Positions 1-10,544 of a stretch of DNA of 64,000 nt are shown here, piece by piece (positions within the stretch are counted from its first letter, which is position 1; each line of letters opens with the position of its first letter). The translations under genes were made by a program, and so were the position numbers. Location: the NCBI GenBank assembly GCA_046733875.1, contig JBKPQB010000028.1, positions 42,870-106,869 of the forward strand, given 5' to 3'. This stretch comes from Acidobacteriota bacterium. Lineage in GTDB: Bacteria; Acidobacteriota; Vicinamibacteria; Vicinamibacterales; 2-12-FULL-66-21. The notes beneath the pieces are model-generated. The model was not told the origin of the DNA. It saw nothing but the letters and a program-made list of their open reading frames with translations, and searched no databases.

Positions 1-961
1 GCACCTCCCACGAAATCCGCGTGTCGTATTCAGTCAGGCCGAGCTGCTCCTCCACATACGAGAGCAGCTTCTGCCCTCCAGGGTGCAGCAGGAATGCTGA
101 CAGATCGCGGCGCTCGAGACGATGGCGTGCGAGGAAGCCGTCCACGAGATCGGCAATTCGATCGCGGATCAACTGCGGGACATCCTTCGAGAGCACGATG
201 TGAAAGCCCGTGTCGCGCAGATCGAAGCCCATCGCGTCCAGCGACTGCGGGAACGTGTACGTCTCGGCATCGAGAATGTGCAGCCCGCTCTCCCGGCGGC
301 CGGTGACCAGCGCGGCCGCTGCGCCGTCGCCGAACAGGACGCACGAGATGAGATTCGCCTGCGACGGATCGTCGCGCTGGAACGTCAACGTGGGAAGTTC
401 GACCGAGATGATGAGCGCGGTCTTGTCGGGGAACGCGCGGACGAATTCCCAGGCACGCGAGAGCGCCATTGCTCCGGCCGCGCACCCGAGCTCCGTCACG
501 GGCAGCCGCCGCACATTGGACCGGAATCCCATCAGGTTGATGAGATGCGCATCAAGCGACGGAATCATGAATCCGGTGCAGGACACCGTGATGATCATGT
601 CCACGTCTCGCGGGGTGATGCCGGCGCGCCGGAGGCACGCGTCCGCGGCTTCGCGGCCGAGACGAATCGCATGCTCCTGATACTCGAGCGTCGTCTGCGC
701 CAGCGGACGGCGCTCGACGATGTATTCGACGGGAAAGATCGCGCGGCGGCGATCGACGCGGGCGTTGTCGATGACGGCCATCATCGCGTCCAGGCGCCGG
801 CCCTCGAGGCCGAACACCCGCTGCATGTAGAGCTTCACGCTGTCGCGCGTGAGCGTATGGTCGGGGAGCGCCGTCGCAGTTCCCGTGATGGCAGCACTCG
901 ACGTGGTCGGTACGGCTCCGTTGGCGTGTGTGTGAACGCGAGAACGAGGCGTGTCGTGCAT
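1..961 (-). CDS. Type III polyketide synthase (chalcone/stilbene synthase family); C-terminal end runs off the left edge of the window
   Basis: This gene is absent from the ORF track because no stop codon lies inside the window. My own reverse translation from the ATG at 959-961 stays open to position 1. It reads MHDTPRSRVH...ITGTATALPDHTLTRDSVKLYMQRVF...ITVSCTGFMIPSLDAHLINLMGFRSNVRRLPVTELGCAAGAMALSRAWEF...CVLFGDGAAAALV...FLLHPGGQKLL. The active-site Cys context (LGCAAG) and the HPGG His motif are typical of type III PKS. Confidence 0.8.
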   Translation of the reverse strand, partial: MHDTPRSRVHTHANGAVPTTSSAAITGTATALPDHTLTRDSVKLYMQRVFGLEGRRLDAMMAVIDNARVDRRRAIFPVEYIVERRPLAQTTLEYQEHAIRLGREAADACLRRAGITPRDVDMIITVSCTGFMIPSLDAHLINLMGFRSNVRRLPVTELGCAAGAMALSRAWEFVRAFPDKTALIISVELPTLTFQRDDPSQANLISCVLFGDGAAAALVTGRRESGLHILDAETYTFPQSLDAMGFDLRDTGFHIVLSKDVPQLIRDRIADLVDGFLARHRLERRDLSAFLLHPGGQKLLSYVEEQLGLTEYDTRISWEV

Positions 962-1089
962 CAGCACCGGAAGAAAAACGCAAAATCGCGTCCGCGCAGT
1001 TTCCCGTGAAAATCGCCGGAGGGGCCGCCCTTCAGTTTCGCTGGATTGGCGCCGCTTTCACAATTAGTAAGGATGCCGTGCCCTGCGCG

Positions 1090-1464
1090 TCATCGCGTCT
1101 CACCCTGGCACTCCGGGCACTGGTGCTGGACGTGCTCGAGCCAATCGACGAGCTCCCCGATGCTCGGGAGCGCGCGCACGGACTGCCCGGTCACGATGAA
1201 CTGGATCTCTCCCCAGCGATCCGCGATCACCACCGATGCCGGAGGCAGTCCTTGGAGCGAGTCCGCTGTCACGATGCATGCGGTGTCGTGCGTCGCCAGC
1301 AACGGCTCGTCGCTCAGCAGCTCGGACGCGTACGCGGCGGCGGATCCATCCGCAGGAACCGTGAGGAGCACGATGTTCTTCCGCTGCCACAGATCCGCGT
1401 ATTGGACGCGATTGCCGTCAACAGTGATCACGCCGAAATGCGGGAGGGGATCGCCGCGGCGCAT
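1090..1464 (-). CDS. Thioredoxin-fold (redoxin/AhpC-TSA-like) protein with a C-terminal CPEC motif
   Basis: I trimmed track ORF 1090..1563 to the internal ATG at 1464 (MRRGDPLPHFGVITVDGNRVQYADLWQRKNIVLLTVPADG...). The 33 upstream codons are Arg/Gly-rich and look non-coding. The C-terminus is HVQHQCPECQGETR. The gene lies on the same strand directly upstream of the type III PKS. Confidence 0.5.
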   Translation of the reverse strand: MRRGDPLPHFGVITVDGNRVQYADLWQRKNIVLLTVPADGSAAAYASELLSDEPLLATHDTACIVTADSLQGLPPASVVIADRWGEIQFIVTGQSVRALPSIGELVDWLEHVQHQCPECQGETR

Positions 1465-1622
1465 GATACCTCTCGATATTCTAGTCCGGTGGGCTTCGCC
1501 CCGCCGCGCCCCCCTGCACGCGCGCTCGCGGGGCCCGCACCCTGCGCCGCGGGCGTGGCTCACTCGCGAGGCTCGTTCGCGTTTCTCTCAGGCCAGCTGC
1601 CGGGGCGGTGAGCGTTAGAAGT

Positions 1623-3809
1623 TCAGCTCACGGGCACCTCGCTCGTGCCCACGCGGACGCCGACGTCCCCCTGTTTGGCGGTCACCGAAACGCGCGCCCC
1701 GGTAGTGCCCTGCTCGAATTCCAGATCGACGGTGCCCCCGGGAACCGCAAGGCCCGAAACCGTCAGATCTTTGAGAAACGGCGGCAGCATCGGCCGTTCC
1801 ACGAGCAGCTCGTGCGTCGAAGGATCGAAACGCAGGCGGAGGCACGACTGAAGCAACTGAAAGACGACGCCCGCCGCCCACGCCTGCGGCGAACATGCGA
1901 CCGGATACAGCGTCGGTCCCTCTCCCGACCTCCGGTGAAACCCGCAGAACAGCTCGGGAAGGCGACGCGATTCGAGCCAGACGCTGGCGTCGAACAGACC
2001 GGTGAGCGGCACGGACGTCAGATCGTCGAAGCCGTAGCGGGAGAACCCCGCGACGATCATGCCGTTGTCGTGCGGCCACACCGAGCCGTTGTGGTACGAC
2101 ATCGGGTTGTAGCGCGCTTCCGTCGAGGCAACCGTCCGGATGCCCCATCCCGAGAACATCTGCGGCGATGTGAGCAGCTCCGCAACCCGGCGCGCGCGAT
2201 CCCGCTGCGCAATCGCGCTGAACAGCACCTGACCGGCGTTCGACGTCCGGACGCGGCACGGCTGCTTGCGTCCGTCGAGGGCGATCGCGTAGCACGACAA
2301 ATCCTCGCACCAGAACTGCGCCTCGAACGCCTGCCGCAGCTTCTCCGCCTCGCTCCGCAGCCGGTTGGCGCGCGGCGTGTCGCCGAGCGCCGCAGCCAGG
2401 ACGGCAGCCTGCTGCTTCGCTTCGAACACGTAGCCCTGCACCTCGCACAACGCAATCGGCGGCTCCGCCAGCGTCCCGTCGGCGTGAAAAACCGAATCCT
2501 GCGAATCCTTCCATCCCTGCTGCACGAGCCCGGTGCTCGAGCGTCGCGAGTACTCGACGAATCCGTCGCCGTCAGCGTCGCCGTAGCGGTCGATCCATTC
2601 GAGCGCGCGCTCGACGTGGGGCCAGATCGTCCTGACGAATGCCACGTCTGCGGTGCGCTGGTAGTACGCGCCGGCAAGCGCGACGAACAGCGGGGTCGCG
2701 TCGACGCTCCCGTAGTAGCGACCGAACGGCACCTCGCCGACGCGCGCCATCTCGCTGGAGCGTGTCTCGTGCAGAATCTTGCCCGGCTCCGCGTCCTCCT
2801 CCGCCTTGAACGAATCGGCCTGAGTCGCCGCAAGATAGCCGAGGACGCCGCGCGCGAGCTGCGGGTTGATCCAGAGCAGCTGCAGCGCCGTGATGATGCC
2901 GTCCCGCCCGAATGGCGTCGAGAACCACGGGACTCCCGCGTACGGGTATTCGCCGTACGGCGTGTCCGCGACGAGCATCCGGACGTCCGCCGCAGACCGG
3001 CGCATCCACTGATTGAAGCGCTCACTCGAGGATTCGACGCGGGCGTAGTGACTGCGCGCGGCCTCGAGCGCGGCCATCGCGTCCGCGAGGGCGAGATCGT
3101 ACGCGCGCGGCGCCACTCGGCGTCCCGCGCGCTCGCACCGGATCGACAGCGACACGCAGGTCGGCTGCTGCGGCGGCAGATCGAATTCGAAGCGCGTCGA
3201 GGTCGGGCTGATCGCCGCGGGACGGTCGCTCCAGTCGAGGACGGTCCAACGATCCTCGCCGTCCAACCCACGGTATCCAAGTCGCACGCTACGATCCCCG
3301 ACATCCGCCGGCAGGATGGTGCCGCGCCGCTCGCGGCGCATCCCGCGCACCTCGAAGATGTCGGCGAAGTCCGCCTCGTAATCGAATGTCAGGACGATGT
3401 GGACGGGCGATTGTCCGTAATTCCAGAGCCGAATGCGCTCGTGGGAGGAGCCTTCCCAGATGAATCGCCCGCGGAACAGGTGGACCAGATCCCGGGCGAG
3501 CACCTGGTCAGGATCGGACAGCGGAATATCGGGGTTCGTCAGATCTGCGCCGAACAGCTCGTTGTCTTCCTTGACGCGCGCGCTGAGGAGGAGCAGCCGC
3601 TTGTCGTTCAGCCGGAGGCGGAACCGCGACAGATATCGCGTGCCCTCGTGATACACGCCTTGATCGCTCGACCCCAGCGCACCCATGTCGCCGTACAAGT
3701 CGAACAGGGCAAAGGTGTCGCCCTGCTGGAGGACGAGGCGCTGTTCGCCGGCTTTCGACGCCGTGGCCAGGATATAGAACTGATCCTGGACCTGAATTAC
3801 ATCTTCCAT
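1623..3809 (-). CDS. Glycogen debranching enzyme-like protein (amylo-alpha-1,6-glucosidase family, GDE_N + GDE_C)
   Basis: I trimmed track ORF 1623..4097 to the ATG at 3809 (MEDVIQVQDQFYILATASKAGEQRLVLQQGDTFALFDLYGDM...GVYHEGTRYLSRFRLRLN...), which is the usual N-terminus of this family. The alpha/alpha-toroid catalytic part contains GYVFEAK...WCEDLSCYAIALD...MFSGWGIRT...YHNGSVWPHDN. The start overlaps the stop of the upstream GT4 gene by 13 nt. Confidence 0.8.
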   Translation of the reverse strand: MEDVIQVQDQFYILATASKAGEQRLVLQQGDTFALFDLYGDMGALGSSDQGVYHEGTRYLSRFRLRLNDKRLLLLSARVKEDNELFGADLTNPDIPLSDPDQVLARDLVHLFRGRFIWEGSSHERIRLWNYGQSPVHIVLTFDYEADFADIFEVRGMRRERRGTILPADVGDRSVRLGYRGLDGEDRWTVLDWSDRPAAISPTSTRFEFDLPPQQPTCVSLSIRCERAGRRVAPRAYDLALADAMAALEAARSHYARVESSSERFNQWMRRSAADVRMLVADTPYGEYPYAGVPWFSTPFGRDGIITALQLLWINPQLARGVLGYLAATQADSFKAEEDAEPGKILHETRSSEMARVGEVPFGRYYGSVDATPLFVALAGAYYQRTADVAFVRTIWPHVERALEWIDRYGDADGDGFVEYSRRSSTGLVQQGWKDSQDSVFHADGTLAEPPIALCEVQGYVFEAKQQAAVLAAALGDTPRANRLRSEAEKLRQAFEAQFWCEDLSCYAIALDGRKQPCRVRTSNAGQVLFSAIAQRDRARRVAELLTSPQMFSGWGIRTVASTEARYNPMSYHNGSVWPHDNGMIVAGFSRYGFDDLTSVPLTGLFDASVWLESRRLPELFCGFHRRSGEGPTLYPVACSPQAWAAGVVFQLLQSCLRLRFDPSTHELLVERPMLPPFLKDLTVSGLAVPGGTVDLEFEQGTTGARVSVTAKQGDVGVRVGTSEVPVS

Positions 3810-4888
3810 GCATCCCCTCGGGCGGGTGCACGGCTCCCGAGTTCCTCGGCGGCGCTCCACGCAGCCGCCGAGGCGTTGCGCGCGAGCGCGCGCTCGTAGA
3901 CGCGCATGTACCCCTCCATCATCCGCTCGCACGAGAACCGCTCGTCGGCCCATGCGCGGCACGAGTCGGGTGCAATCGGAGAGGACGCCGCACGGAAAGC
4001 CATCTCCTCCACGTCGCCGCAAATCCAGCCGCTGACGTCGTTCTTGACGATCTCCGGGACGGATCCGCCGTTGAAGGCGATCACGGGCGTGCCGCACGCC
4101 ATCGCCTCAATCATGACGAGGCCGAACGGCTCGTCCCACTGAATCGGGAAGAGGAGCGCGCGCGCGCGCGAGAGCAGTTCGTTCTTCTGCGCGGGGCCGG
4201 CTTCCCCAAGATATTCGATGTCACCGCCAAGCCGCGGCGCAACCTCCTTCTCCCAGTACTCGTGAAACACCGGTTGAATTTCGCCCGCGAGCTTCAGCGG
4301 CAGGCCCGCGCGGCGGGCCGCGTCGATCGCGAGATGAGGGCCCTTGCAGGGCGCCATGCGGCCGAGGAACGCGAGGTAGCCCTCCTTCTGCCGCTGAAAG
4401 GTGTACTGCTCGAGCGGCAGCCCGTGATGCACGACGTGGATGCCGCGCATGGGCTCCTGCTTCGCCTGAAACGCGCTGATGGCGATGTAGTGCATGTCGG
4501 GATACCGCCGGTACTGCTCGCTGAGCGCGGGCTCGTGCGGATGGTGCAGCGTGTGCACCATCGGCACGTCGATGAACGTCGAGAGCGGCACGCCGACGAT
4601 ATCGTTCACGTGAATCACGTCGGCCGTGCCCGCCGCGTCCCGAACGGCCCACGCGGTGTGATCGGCGTTGAGCAGATGGGCGGACCCAGGATCCTTGATG
4701 GGCCATTGGGCGCGGCGGTAGCGCCACTTCACTTCCGCGCGGACGCGGGACTCGCCGTTGGCGTACACGGTGACGCGATGGCCCGCGTCCGTCAGTGCTT
4801 CCGCCAGATGGGCGATGAACAATTCCGTGCCGCCATACGCCACTGGCGGGACCGGAATGAAAGGGGGAGCGATCAATGCGATATGCAA
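3797..4888 (-). CDS. Glycosyltransferase family 4 (GT1 group / GT-B fold)
   Basis: The N-terminus MHIALIAPPFIPVPPVAYGGTELFIAHLAEALTDAGHRVTVYA is typical. The C-terminal part LLFPIQWDEPFGLVMIEAMACGTPVIAFNGGSVPEIV carries the EX7E-type motif region. Confidence 0.85.
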   Translation of the reverse strand: MHIALIAPPFIPVPPVAYGGTELFIAHLAEALTDAGHRVTVYANGESRVRAEVKWRYRRAQWPIKDPGSAHLLNADHTAWAVRDAAGTADVIHVNDIVGVPLSTFIDVPMVHTLHHPHEPALSEQYRRYPDMHYIAISAFQAKQEPMRGIHVVHHGLPLEQYTFQRQKEGYLAFLGRMAPCKGPHLAIDAARRAGLPLKLAGEIQPVFHEYWEKEVAPRLGGDIEYLGEAGPAQKNELLSRARALLFPIQWDEPFGLVMIEAMACGTPVIAFNGGSVPEIVKNDVSGWICGDVEEMAFRAASSPIAPDSCRAWADERFSCERMMEGYMRVYERALARNASAAAWSAAEELGSRAPARGDAWKM

Positions 4889-5085
4889 GGTAGAAATCCT
4901 CCGCAGGTCACGATCCGTAAGAGATCAAGATTCTTGCCAGCCGATGCGAAAGAATCCCGGCAACTGGCCAGCTCGCAGCTCTGGCGTTCGTGACACATTG
5001 CCGCCATTCGCGACAGCGACCACGGCCGCGGGAACGCCGGTGCGCGCTCCGTCATCTGATGAGGAGAATCGTTACGGAGTTGATC

Positions 5086-6411
5086 ATGCGACTACTTGCT
5101 GCCCTGCTCCTCTCGGCATCCGTTGCCGTCGCCCTTACCGCCCGCGGCTCATTCGACGACAAGGCGTCGCAGCCGCCGCGAACGTTCGATGACGTCATCC
5201 GCCACAACGGCGAGCGCATGATCGAAGAGGGCCGTCGCATTTTCCGCTACGATACGTTCGGCGACGAGGCGTTCTGGGGCGACACGCTGAAGCTGCACAC
5301 CGCGATCGAAGGCGCGCAGCACGGGGGTGTCGGGCCCGGCGTCAGTCCTGCCACGGCGCTCGCGGTCGGATTGAAAGTGGATGCGGACGCGCTGTCGCCG
5401 AGCGTGCTCAATGCCATCACGCACGGCCGCGTGAACCTGAACGACCCGGCCGTCACGCTCGCCCTCCTCGACGCCAACGCCGTCGTCGGCGTCACCGGGC
5501 ATCGTGCGGCGGACGGAAGCCTGAGCTCGGTCGGCATTCAATGCGCGCTCTGTCATTCGACCGTCGACGATTCCGTTGCGCCCGGAATCGGCCGAAGGCT
5601 CGATGGCTGGCCGAATCGCGACCTGAACGTCGGGGCGATCATCGCGTTGTCGCCAGATCTGAGCGCCGTCGCGAACCTGCTGCAGACCGATCAACAAACC
5701 GTTCGAGCGGTTCTCAACAGTTGGGGACCGGGGAAATTCGACGCGCAGCTCTTTCTCGATGGCAAGGCCTTCCGGCCCGATGGCAAGTCCGCGGCCACTC
5801 TGCTGCCCGCGGCATTCGGACTCGCGGGTGTGAACCTCCACACCTACACGGGATGGGGAGGCGTGCCGCACTGGAACGCGTTCGTCGCGAACCTCGAGAT
5901 GCACGGCCGCGGCACGGTCGTCGACGCGCGCCTTGAGGATCCGATTCAGTTTCCGGTCGCCGCGCGTGCGGGGTTCGCCAACGTGCGAAACGATCCGGAT
6001 CTGATCACGTCCAAGCTGCCGGCGCTGCAGTTCTATCAGCTCTCGATTCCGGCGCCGCGTCCCGCGCACGGCACCTTCGACCCGACGGCCGCCGCACGCG
6101 GCAAGGCGGTGTTCAATGGCGCGGGCGGCTGCGCGACGTGTCACGTCCCGCCGATCTTCACGGAGCCGGGCTGGAACATGCACACGGCGGCGGAGATCGG
6201 CATCGACGATTTCCAGTCGTCGCGATCCCCCGATCACCGTTACCGGACCACCCCGCTCGCGGGCCTCTTTACTCGCCAGAAGGGCGGCTTCTACCATGAC
6301 GGCCGGTTCCCGACGCTTCGGGCCGTCGTCGACCACTATGATCAGTTCCTGCGCCTGAATCTGAGCGAGCAGGCGAAGAGGGATCTGATCGAGTACCTGA
6401 AGTCACTGTGA
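5086..6411 (+). CDS. Secreted di-haem cytochrome c (cytochrome c peroxidase / MauG-like family)
   Basis: I trimmed the ORF to the ATG at 5086, which follows GGAG. The signal peptide is MRLLAALLLSASVAVALTA. There are two CxxCH motifs (CALCHS and CATCHV). The C-terminal FYHDGRFPTLRAVVDHY resembles the CCP-family conserved end. Confidence 0.7.
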   Translation: MRLLAALLLSASVAVALTARGSFDDKASQPPRTFDDVIRHNGERMIEEGRRIFRYDTFGDEAFWGDTLKLHTAIEGAQHGGVGPGVSPATALAVGLKVDADALSPSVLNAITHGRVNLNDPAVTLALLDANAVVGVTGHRAADGSLSSVGIQCALCHSTVDDSVAPGIGRRLDGWPNRDLNVGAIIALSPDLSAVANLLQTDQQTVRAVLNSWGPGKFDAQLFLDGKAFRPDGKSAATLLPAAFGLAGVNLHTYTGWGGVPHWNAFVANLEMHGRGTVVDARLEDPIQFPVAARAGFANVRNDPDLITSKLPALQFYQLSIPAPRPAHGTFDPTAAARGKAVFNGAGGCATCHVPPIFTEPGWNMHTAAEIGIDDFQSSRSPDHRYRTTPLAGLFTRQKGGFYHDGRFPTLRAVVDHYDQFLRLNLSEQAKRDLIEYLKSL

Positions 6412-6499
6412 CGGAGTGATGCAGCCGCGATGAAAGCCGGTCTGACCAGCGCATGCCGCCGGTGCTCGACGGGCTCGGTGCGGATCCCGACTGAAACGC

Positions 6500-7972
6500 T
6501 CAGAGGTCGCGTTCGTCGGGAGGGCCTTTCAGGCCCTCGGTTCGCCTCTTCTTGAGCGCCGCTCCCCGGACCAGCAGCGCGGCAGCAAACCATGCGGCAA
6601 TGAGCGCAACCGGGTAGGCAAAGCCCCGTGGAAACGTGACGATGAGCGCGGCGAACCCCAGCAGGAGCAGCCCCGCGATCATCGCGATGTGGGCCTCGAC
6701 GGGCTCGAGCACCCGCCGATTCGTAATCGCAGCCGTCACGGTGTTGCCGATGCGTACCGCGCCGCTCACTGCACGCCCGCTGCTTCCACCAGCGCGGGCG
6801 CGCGGCGTGCTGCGCGACATGCCGGGCGCCTTGACGCGGTTGCGTGCATCGAGGACGACTTCCGTCGCGTTCGTGAGATCAGCGAGGAACATGGCCTCGA
6901 CGGCGCGCGCGAACGGCTCGTCCTCCACGATGACATCGAGTTCGCGATTCCCCATCCAGCTCGCAAGGTTCAGGTTCGTCGATCCAACCCGCGCCCACCG
7001 CCCGTCTGCCGCGGCGGTCTTCGCGTGCAGCATCGATCCGTTCCACTCGAATACGCGAACGCCGGCTTCGAGCAGCGGCCGATAGCCGGCGCGTGAGAAC
7101 AGCCGGAGGAGAGGGATGTCGGACGATCCGGGGACGAGCAGTCTGACGTCCACGCCGTCGCGCGCCGCGGCGCACAGCGCCTGCACGTACGGCGTGGTGC
7201 CCGCAAAGTACGCGTCCGTGAGCCACAGCGTGCTCCTGGCCATCGCGGCGACGAGCTGATCGACGCGAAACAACCCCGCCGTGTTGGGGACCGTCGCGAC
7301 CACACGGACGGAGATGTCGCCGGCAGGAGGCTGGCGCTCGGACGGCGGCGGGGTCTCGAGCGCGAAGGGCTCGCCTGCCGCCGACCACGCGTCCGCGAAC
7401 GCGCGCTCGCAGTCTTCGACCGCGGGCCCGCGCAGCTCGACGCCCGTGTCGCGCCACGGCTCGAAGCCACGCGACGGATTGCCGACCCATGCCTCGCCGA
7501 CGCACAACCCGGTCACGAACGCGACCGACCGATCGACGCAGATCATCTTGCGATGATCGCGGCTCAGCCACCCGAGCGGACGGTCGAACCGCGGCGGGTT
7601 GTAGCAGCGGACTGCGACTCCGCCTGCGCGCAGGCGGTTCCAGAACGCTCGCGATGTCTTGTTGAACCCGCCCATCCAGTCGTACAGCAGCCGGACCGTC
7701 ACGCCTTCGCGCGCCTTCGCCAGCAGCGCGTCGGCGAAATGGCGGCCCTGCTGGTCCTCGTGGACGATGTACATCTCGAAGTGGATCGTCCGGCGCGCCG
7801 AGCGAATCGCGTCGAGCCAGCGTGGGTAGTTCTCGGCGGCGTCTCTCAGCAGCGTGACGCTGTTGTGATCGCGCAAGGGGGCGCCGGATGCGCGGGAGAA
7901 CGCCTGATCGGCGAGCTGCCGGACGAGGAGCGTCCCTGCGGGCTCCGTCGAGGTGAGTGCGCTGCGGATCAT
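6500..7972 (-). CDS. Phospholipase D superfamily protein, cardiolipin synthase-like, with C-terminal transmembrane segments
   Basis: There are two HKD motifs: [18 protein letters not shown] and [21 protein letters not shown]. The hydrophobic C-terminus is [19 protein letters not shown]...[15 protein letters not shown] chose the start at ATG 7972 (MIRSALTS...). Confidence 0.8.
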   Translation of the reverse strand: MIRSALTSTEPAGTLLVRQLADQAFSRASGAPLRDHNSVTLLRDAAENYPRWLDAIRSARRTIHFEMYIVHEDQQGRHFADALLAKAREGVTVRLLYDWMGGFNKTSRAFWNRLRAGGVAVRCYNPPRFDRPLGWLSRDHRKMICVDRSVAFVTGLCVGEAWVGNPSRGFEPWRDTGVELRGPAVEDCERAFADAWSAAGEPFALETPPPSERQPPAGDISVRVVATVPNTAGLFRVDQLVAAMARSTLWLTDAYFAGTTPYVQALCAAARDGVDVRLLVPGSSDIPLLRLFSRAGYRPLLEAGVRVFEWNGSMLHAKTAAADGRWARVGSTNLNLASWMGNRELDVIVEDEPFARAVEAMFLADLTNATEVVLDARNRVKAPGMSRSTPRARAGGSSGRAVSGAVRIGNTVTAAITNRRVLEPVEAHIAMIAGLLLLGFAALIVTFPRGFAYPVALIAAWFAAALLVRGAALKKRRTEGLKGPPDERDL

Positions 7973-8009
7973 CGCTCGTCGGCCTTTGCTCGTCCGGCAG
8001 CCCTCGAGA

Positions 8010-10448
8010 TCAGAGCGCCGCGCGCCGCAGGCGCAGCGCGTTGCCAATCACCGACACCGAGCTGAACGTCATGGCGGCGCTCGCAATCATCGGGCTCAGA
8101 AGAAGGCCGGAGATTGGATACAGGAGACCGGCGGCGATTGGAACACCCAAGACGTTGTACACGAATGCGAAGAACAGATTCTGCCGGATGTTGCTCATCA
8201 CGGCGCGGCTGAGATGCCGGGCGCGCACGATCCCGCGCAAGTCCCCTTTGACGAGCGTCACGCCGGCGCTCTCCATCGCCACGTCTGTGCCCGTGCCCAT
8301 CGCAATCCCGACGTCGGCCTGCGCGAGCGCGGGCGCATCGTTGATCCCGTCGCCCGCCATCGCGACACGTCGGCCTCCCTGCTGCAGTTGCTGCACGATT
8401 GAGGCCTTGCGGTCGGGCAATACGTCGGCCTCGACGCGATCGATCCCCAGCGTTCGGGCGACCGCCTCTGCGGTTGTGCGGTTGTCCCCCGTCAGCATGA
8501 CGATCCTGACGCCGTCCTCGTGCAGCGCGCGAATGGCGTCAGCGGCGCTGTCCTTGATCGTGTCGGCGACGCCGATCAGCCCCGCCGGTCGGCCGTCAAT
8601 GGCGACGAACATGACGGTCTGGCCTTCGCGTCGGAGGGCTTCCGCGCGATCGTCGAGCGCGGCGTCGCCGATCTCCTGCATGAGCGCCTTGCTGCCGACG
8701 GCGACGGTCCGGCCGTCCACGGTGCCCATGACACCCCTGCCGGTGAGCGATTGAAAATCTTTCACCTCGCCCAGCGGAAGGCGCTGTTCGAGAGCGGCCG
8801 CGGCGATCGCCGATGCCAGCGGATGTTCGCTCACGTGTTCCACGCTCGCGGCCAGCCGAAGCACGGTCGCGGCGTCCACACCGCCGGCCGGCTCCAGTGT
8901 CACCAGCCTCGGTCTGCCTTCCGTGAGCGTCCCGGTCTTGTCGACGACGATCGTCGTCACCTTCTCCAGGATCTCGAGCGCTTCGGCGGTTCTGATCAGC
9001 ACGCCCGCTTCCGCGCCCCGCCCCGTTCCCACCATGACCGACATCGGCGTCGCCAGGCCGAGCGCGCACGGGCACGCGATGATCAGCACAGCGACGGCGT
9101 TCACGAGCGCATGTGCCAGCTTCGGCTCTGGTCCGGCAGTCGACCAGATGATGAAGGTGATGACGGCGACCGCGATCACGATTGGAACGAACCAGGCAGA
9201 CACGACATCGGCGAGCCGTTGAATCGGCGCGCGCGATCGCTGCGCCTCGCCGACCATCCGGACGATCTGTGCCAACAGCGTGTCGCTGCCCACGCGATCC
9301 GCGCGCATGACGAACGTCCCCGTTCCGTTCACCGTTCCGCCGGTGACCCGCGCGCCGGGAGTCTTTTCAACGGGAATCGGCTCCCCCGTCACCATCGACT
9401 CGTCCACTGTCGCGGATCCATCCAGGACCGTTCCGTCCACTGGGACTCGCTCGCCCGGCCTGACGCGCAGCCGATCGCCGACGACGACCTGCTCGAGCGG
9501 GACCTCCTCCTCCGAACCATCGCCAACGCGCCGCGCCGTTTTGGGTGCGAGCGCCAGCAATCCCCGAATCGCGGCGCTCGTGCGGCTGCGCGCGCGCAGC
9601 TCGAGCACCTGGCCAAGGAGTACGAGAACGACGATCACCGCCGCCGGTTCGAAGTACACGGCAACCTCTCCGCCCGATCGGAAGGACTGCGGAAAGATCT
9701 GCGGTACGAGCGTCGCGACGACGCTGTAGCCGTACGCCGCGCCCACGCCCATGGCAATCAACGTGAACATGTTGAGGTGCCGGTTCACGATCGAGGCCCA
9801 ACCGCGTTCGAAGAACGGACGCCCTCCCCACAGAACGACGGGACTCGCCAGCGCCATCATCGCCCAGTTCATGGCCGCGTGCGGCAGCAGATGCTGCAGC
9901 GGCTGCCCCGGAACGAACTCCGATACCATGACGGCGAGAATCGGAGCGGTGAGCAGCACGGACACGCGGAACCGGCGCGTCATGGCGTCGAGCTCGGGGT
10001 TCTGCTCCTCGACCGTGACGACGCGCGGTTCGAGCGCCATGCCGCAGATCGGACAGGAGCCGGGCTCGCTGCGCACGATTTCCGGGTGCATCGGACACGT
10101 CCACTCGGTCTTCGTCAGCGGCTCCACGCTGACCGGCTCGAGCGCCATCCCGCACTTCGGACACGCGCCTGGGCCTTTCTGACGGACCTCCGGATCCATC
10201 GGGCAGGTGTATTCGCGCTCGCTATCGCCGGCCGCAGGCGTGCGGTCGCCGGCGTGCAGGAACCGCTCCGGATCGGCGCGGAAGCGCTCGAGGCAGCTCT
10301 TGGCGCAGAAGTAGTACCTCTCCCCTTCGTAGTCGGCATGTCCAACGGCGTCTTCCGGACTGATCGTCATCCCGCAGACAGGATCGACGACTTCAGCAGA
10401 CGCGCCGGCAGGAGTCTCAGTGTCGGGGCTCATCGCTGATGTGATCAT
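8010..10448 (-). CDS. copA: Cu(I)-translocating P1B-1-type ATPase with N-terminal TRASH/YHS and two Cys4 ribbon-type metal-binding modules
   Basis: Core motifs present are [11 protein letters not shown] (CPC), [10 protein letters not shown] and [10 protein letters not shown]. The P1B-1 transmembrane signatures are N-x6-YN-x4-P ([14 protein letters not shown]) and P-x6-M-xx-SS ([15 protein letters not shown]). I trimmed track ORF 8010..10952 to the ATG at 10448; an alternative ATG lies at 10433. Confidence 0.9.
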   Translation of the reverse strand: MITSAMSPDTETPAGASAEVVDPVCGMTISPEDAVGHADYEGERYYFCAKSCLERFRADPERFLHAGDRTPAAGDSEREYTCPMDPEVRQKGPGACPKCGMALEPVSVEPLTKTEWTCPMHPEIVRSEPGSCPICGMALEPRVVTVEEQNPELDAMTRRFRVSVLLTAPILAVMVSEFVPGQPLQHLLPHAAMNWAMMALASPVVLWGGRPFFERGWASIVNRHLNMFTLIAMGVGAAYGYSVVATLVPQIFPQSFRSGGEVAVYFEPAAVIVVLVLLGQVLELRARSRTSAAIRGLLALAPKTARRVGDGSEEEVPLEQVVVGDRLRVRPGERVPVDGTVLDGSATVDESMVTGEPIPVEKTPGARVTGGTVNGTGTFVMRADRVGSDTLLAQIVRMVGEAQRSRAPIQRLADVVSAWFVPIVIAVAVITFIIWSTAGPEPKLAHALVNAVAVLIIACPCALGLATPMSVMVGTGRGAEAGVLIRTAEALEILEKVTTIVVDKTGTLTEGRPRLVTLEPAGGVDAATVLRLAASVEHVSEHPLASAIAAAALEQRLPLGEVKDFQSLTGRGVMGTVDGRTVAVGSKALMQEIGDAALDDRAEALRREGQTVMFVAIDGRPAGLIGVADTIKDSAADAIRALHEDGVRIVMLTGDNRTTAEAVARTLGIDRVEADVLPDRKASIVQQLQQGGRRVAMAGDGINDAPALAQADVGIAMGTGTDVAMESAGVTLVKGDLRGIVRARHLSRAVMSNIRQNLFFAFVYNVLGVPIAAGLLYPISGLLLSPMIASAAMTFSSVSVIGNALRLRRAAL

Positions 10449-10544
10449 ATCCAGCCATTGGAGTAACCTGACGATGCGCGCCACTGGCGCGCCCGCCTGA
10501 GCCGGAGCGGGGCACGGTGGCCTCGAGCGCCGGCGAGGGGAGAC

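Noticed and set aside
1608-3899. A 763-aa plus-strand ORF lies opposite the debranching-enzyme gene.
   Set aside because: It is an antisense shadow ORF typical of high-GC DNA. It has an Arg/Ala/Pro-rich low-complexity translation with no motifs, whereas the minus-strand frame encodes a clearly recognisable GDE-family protein.
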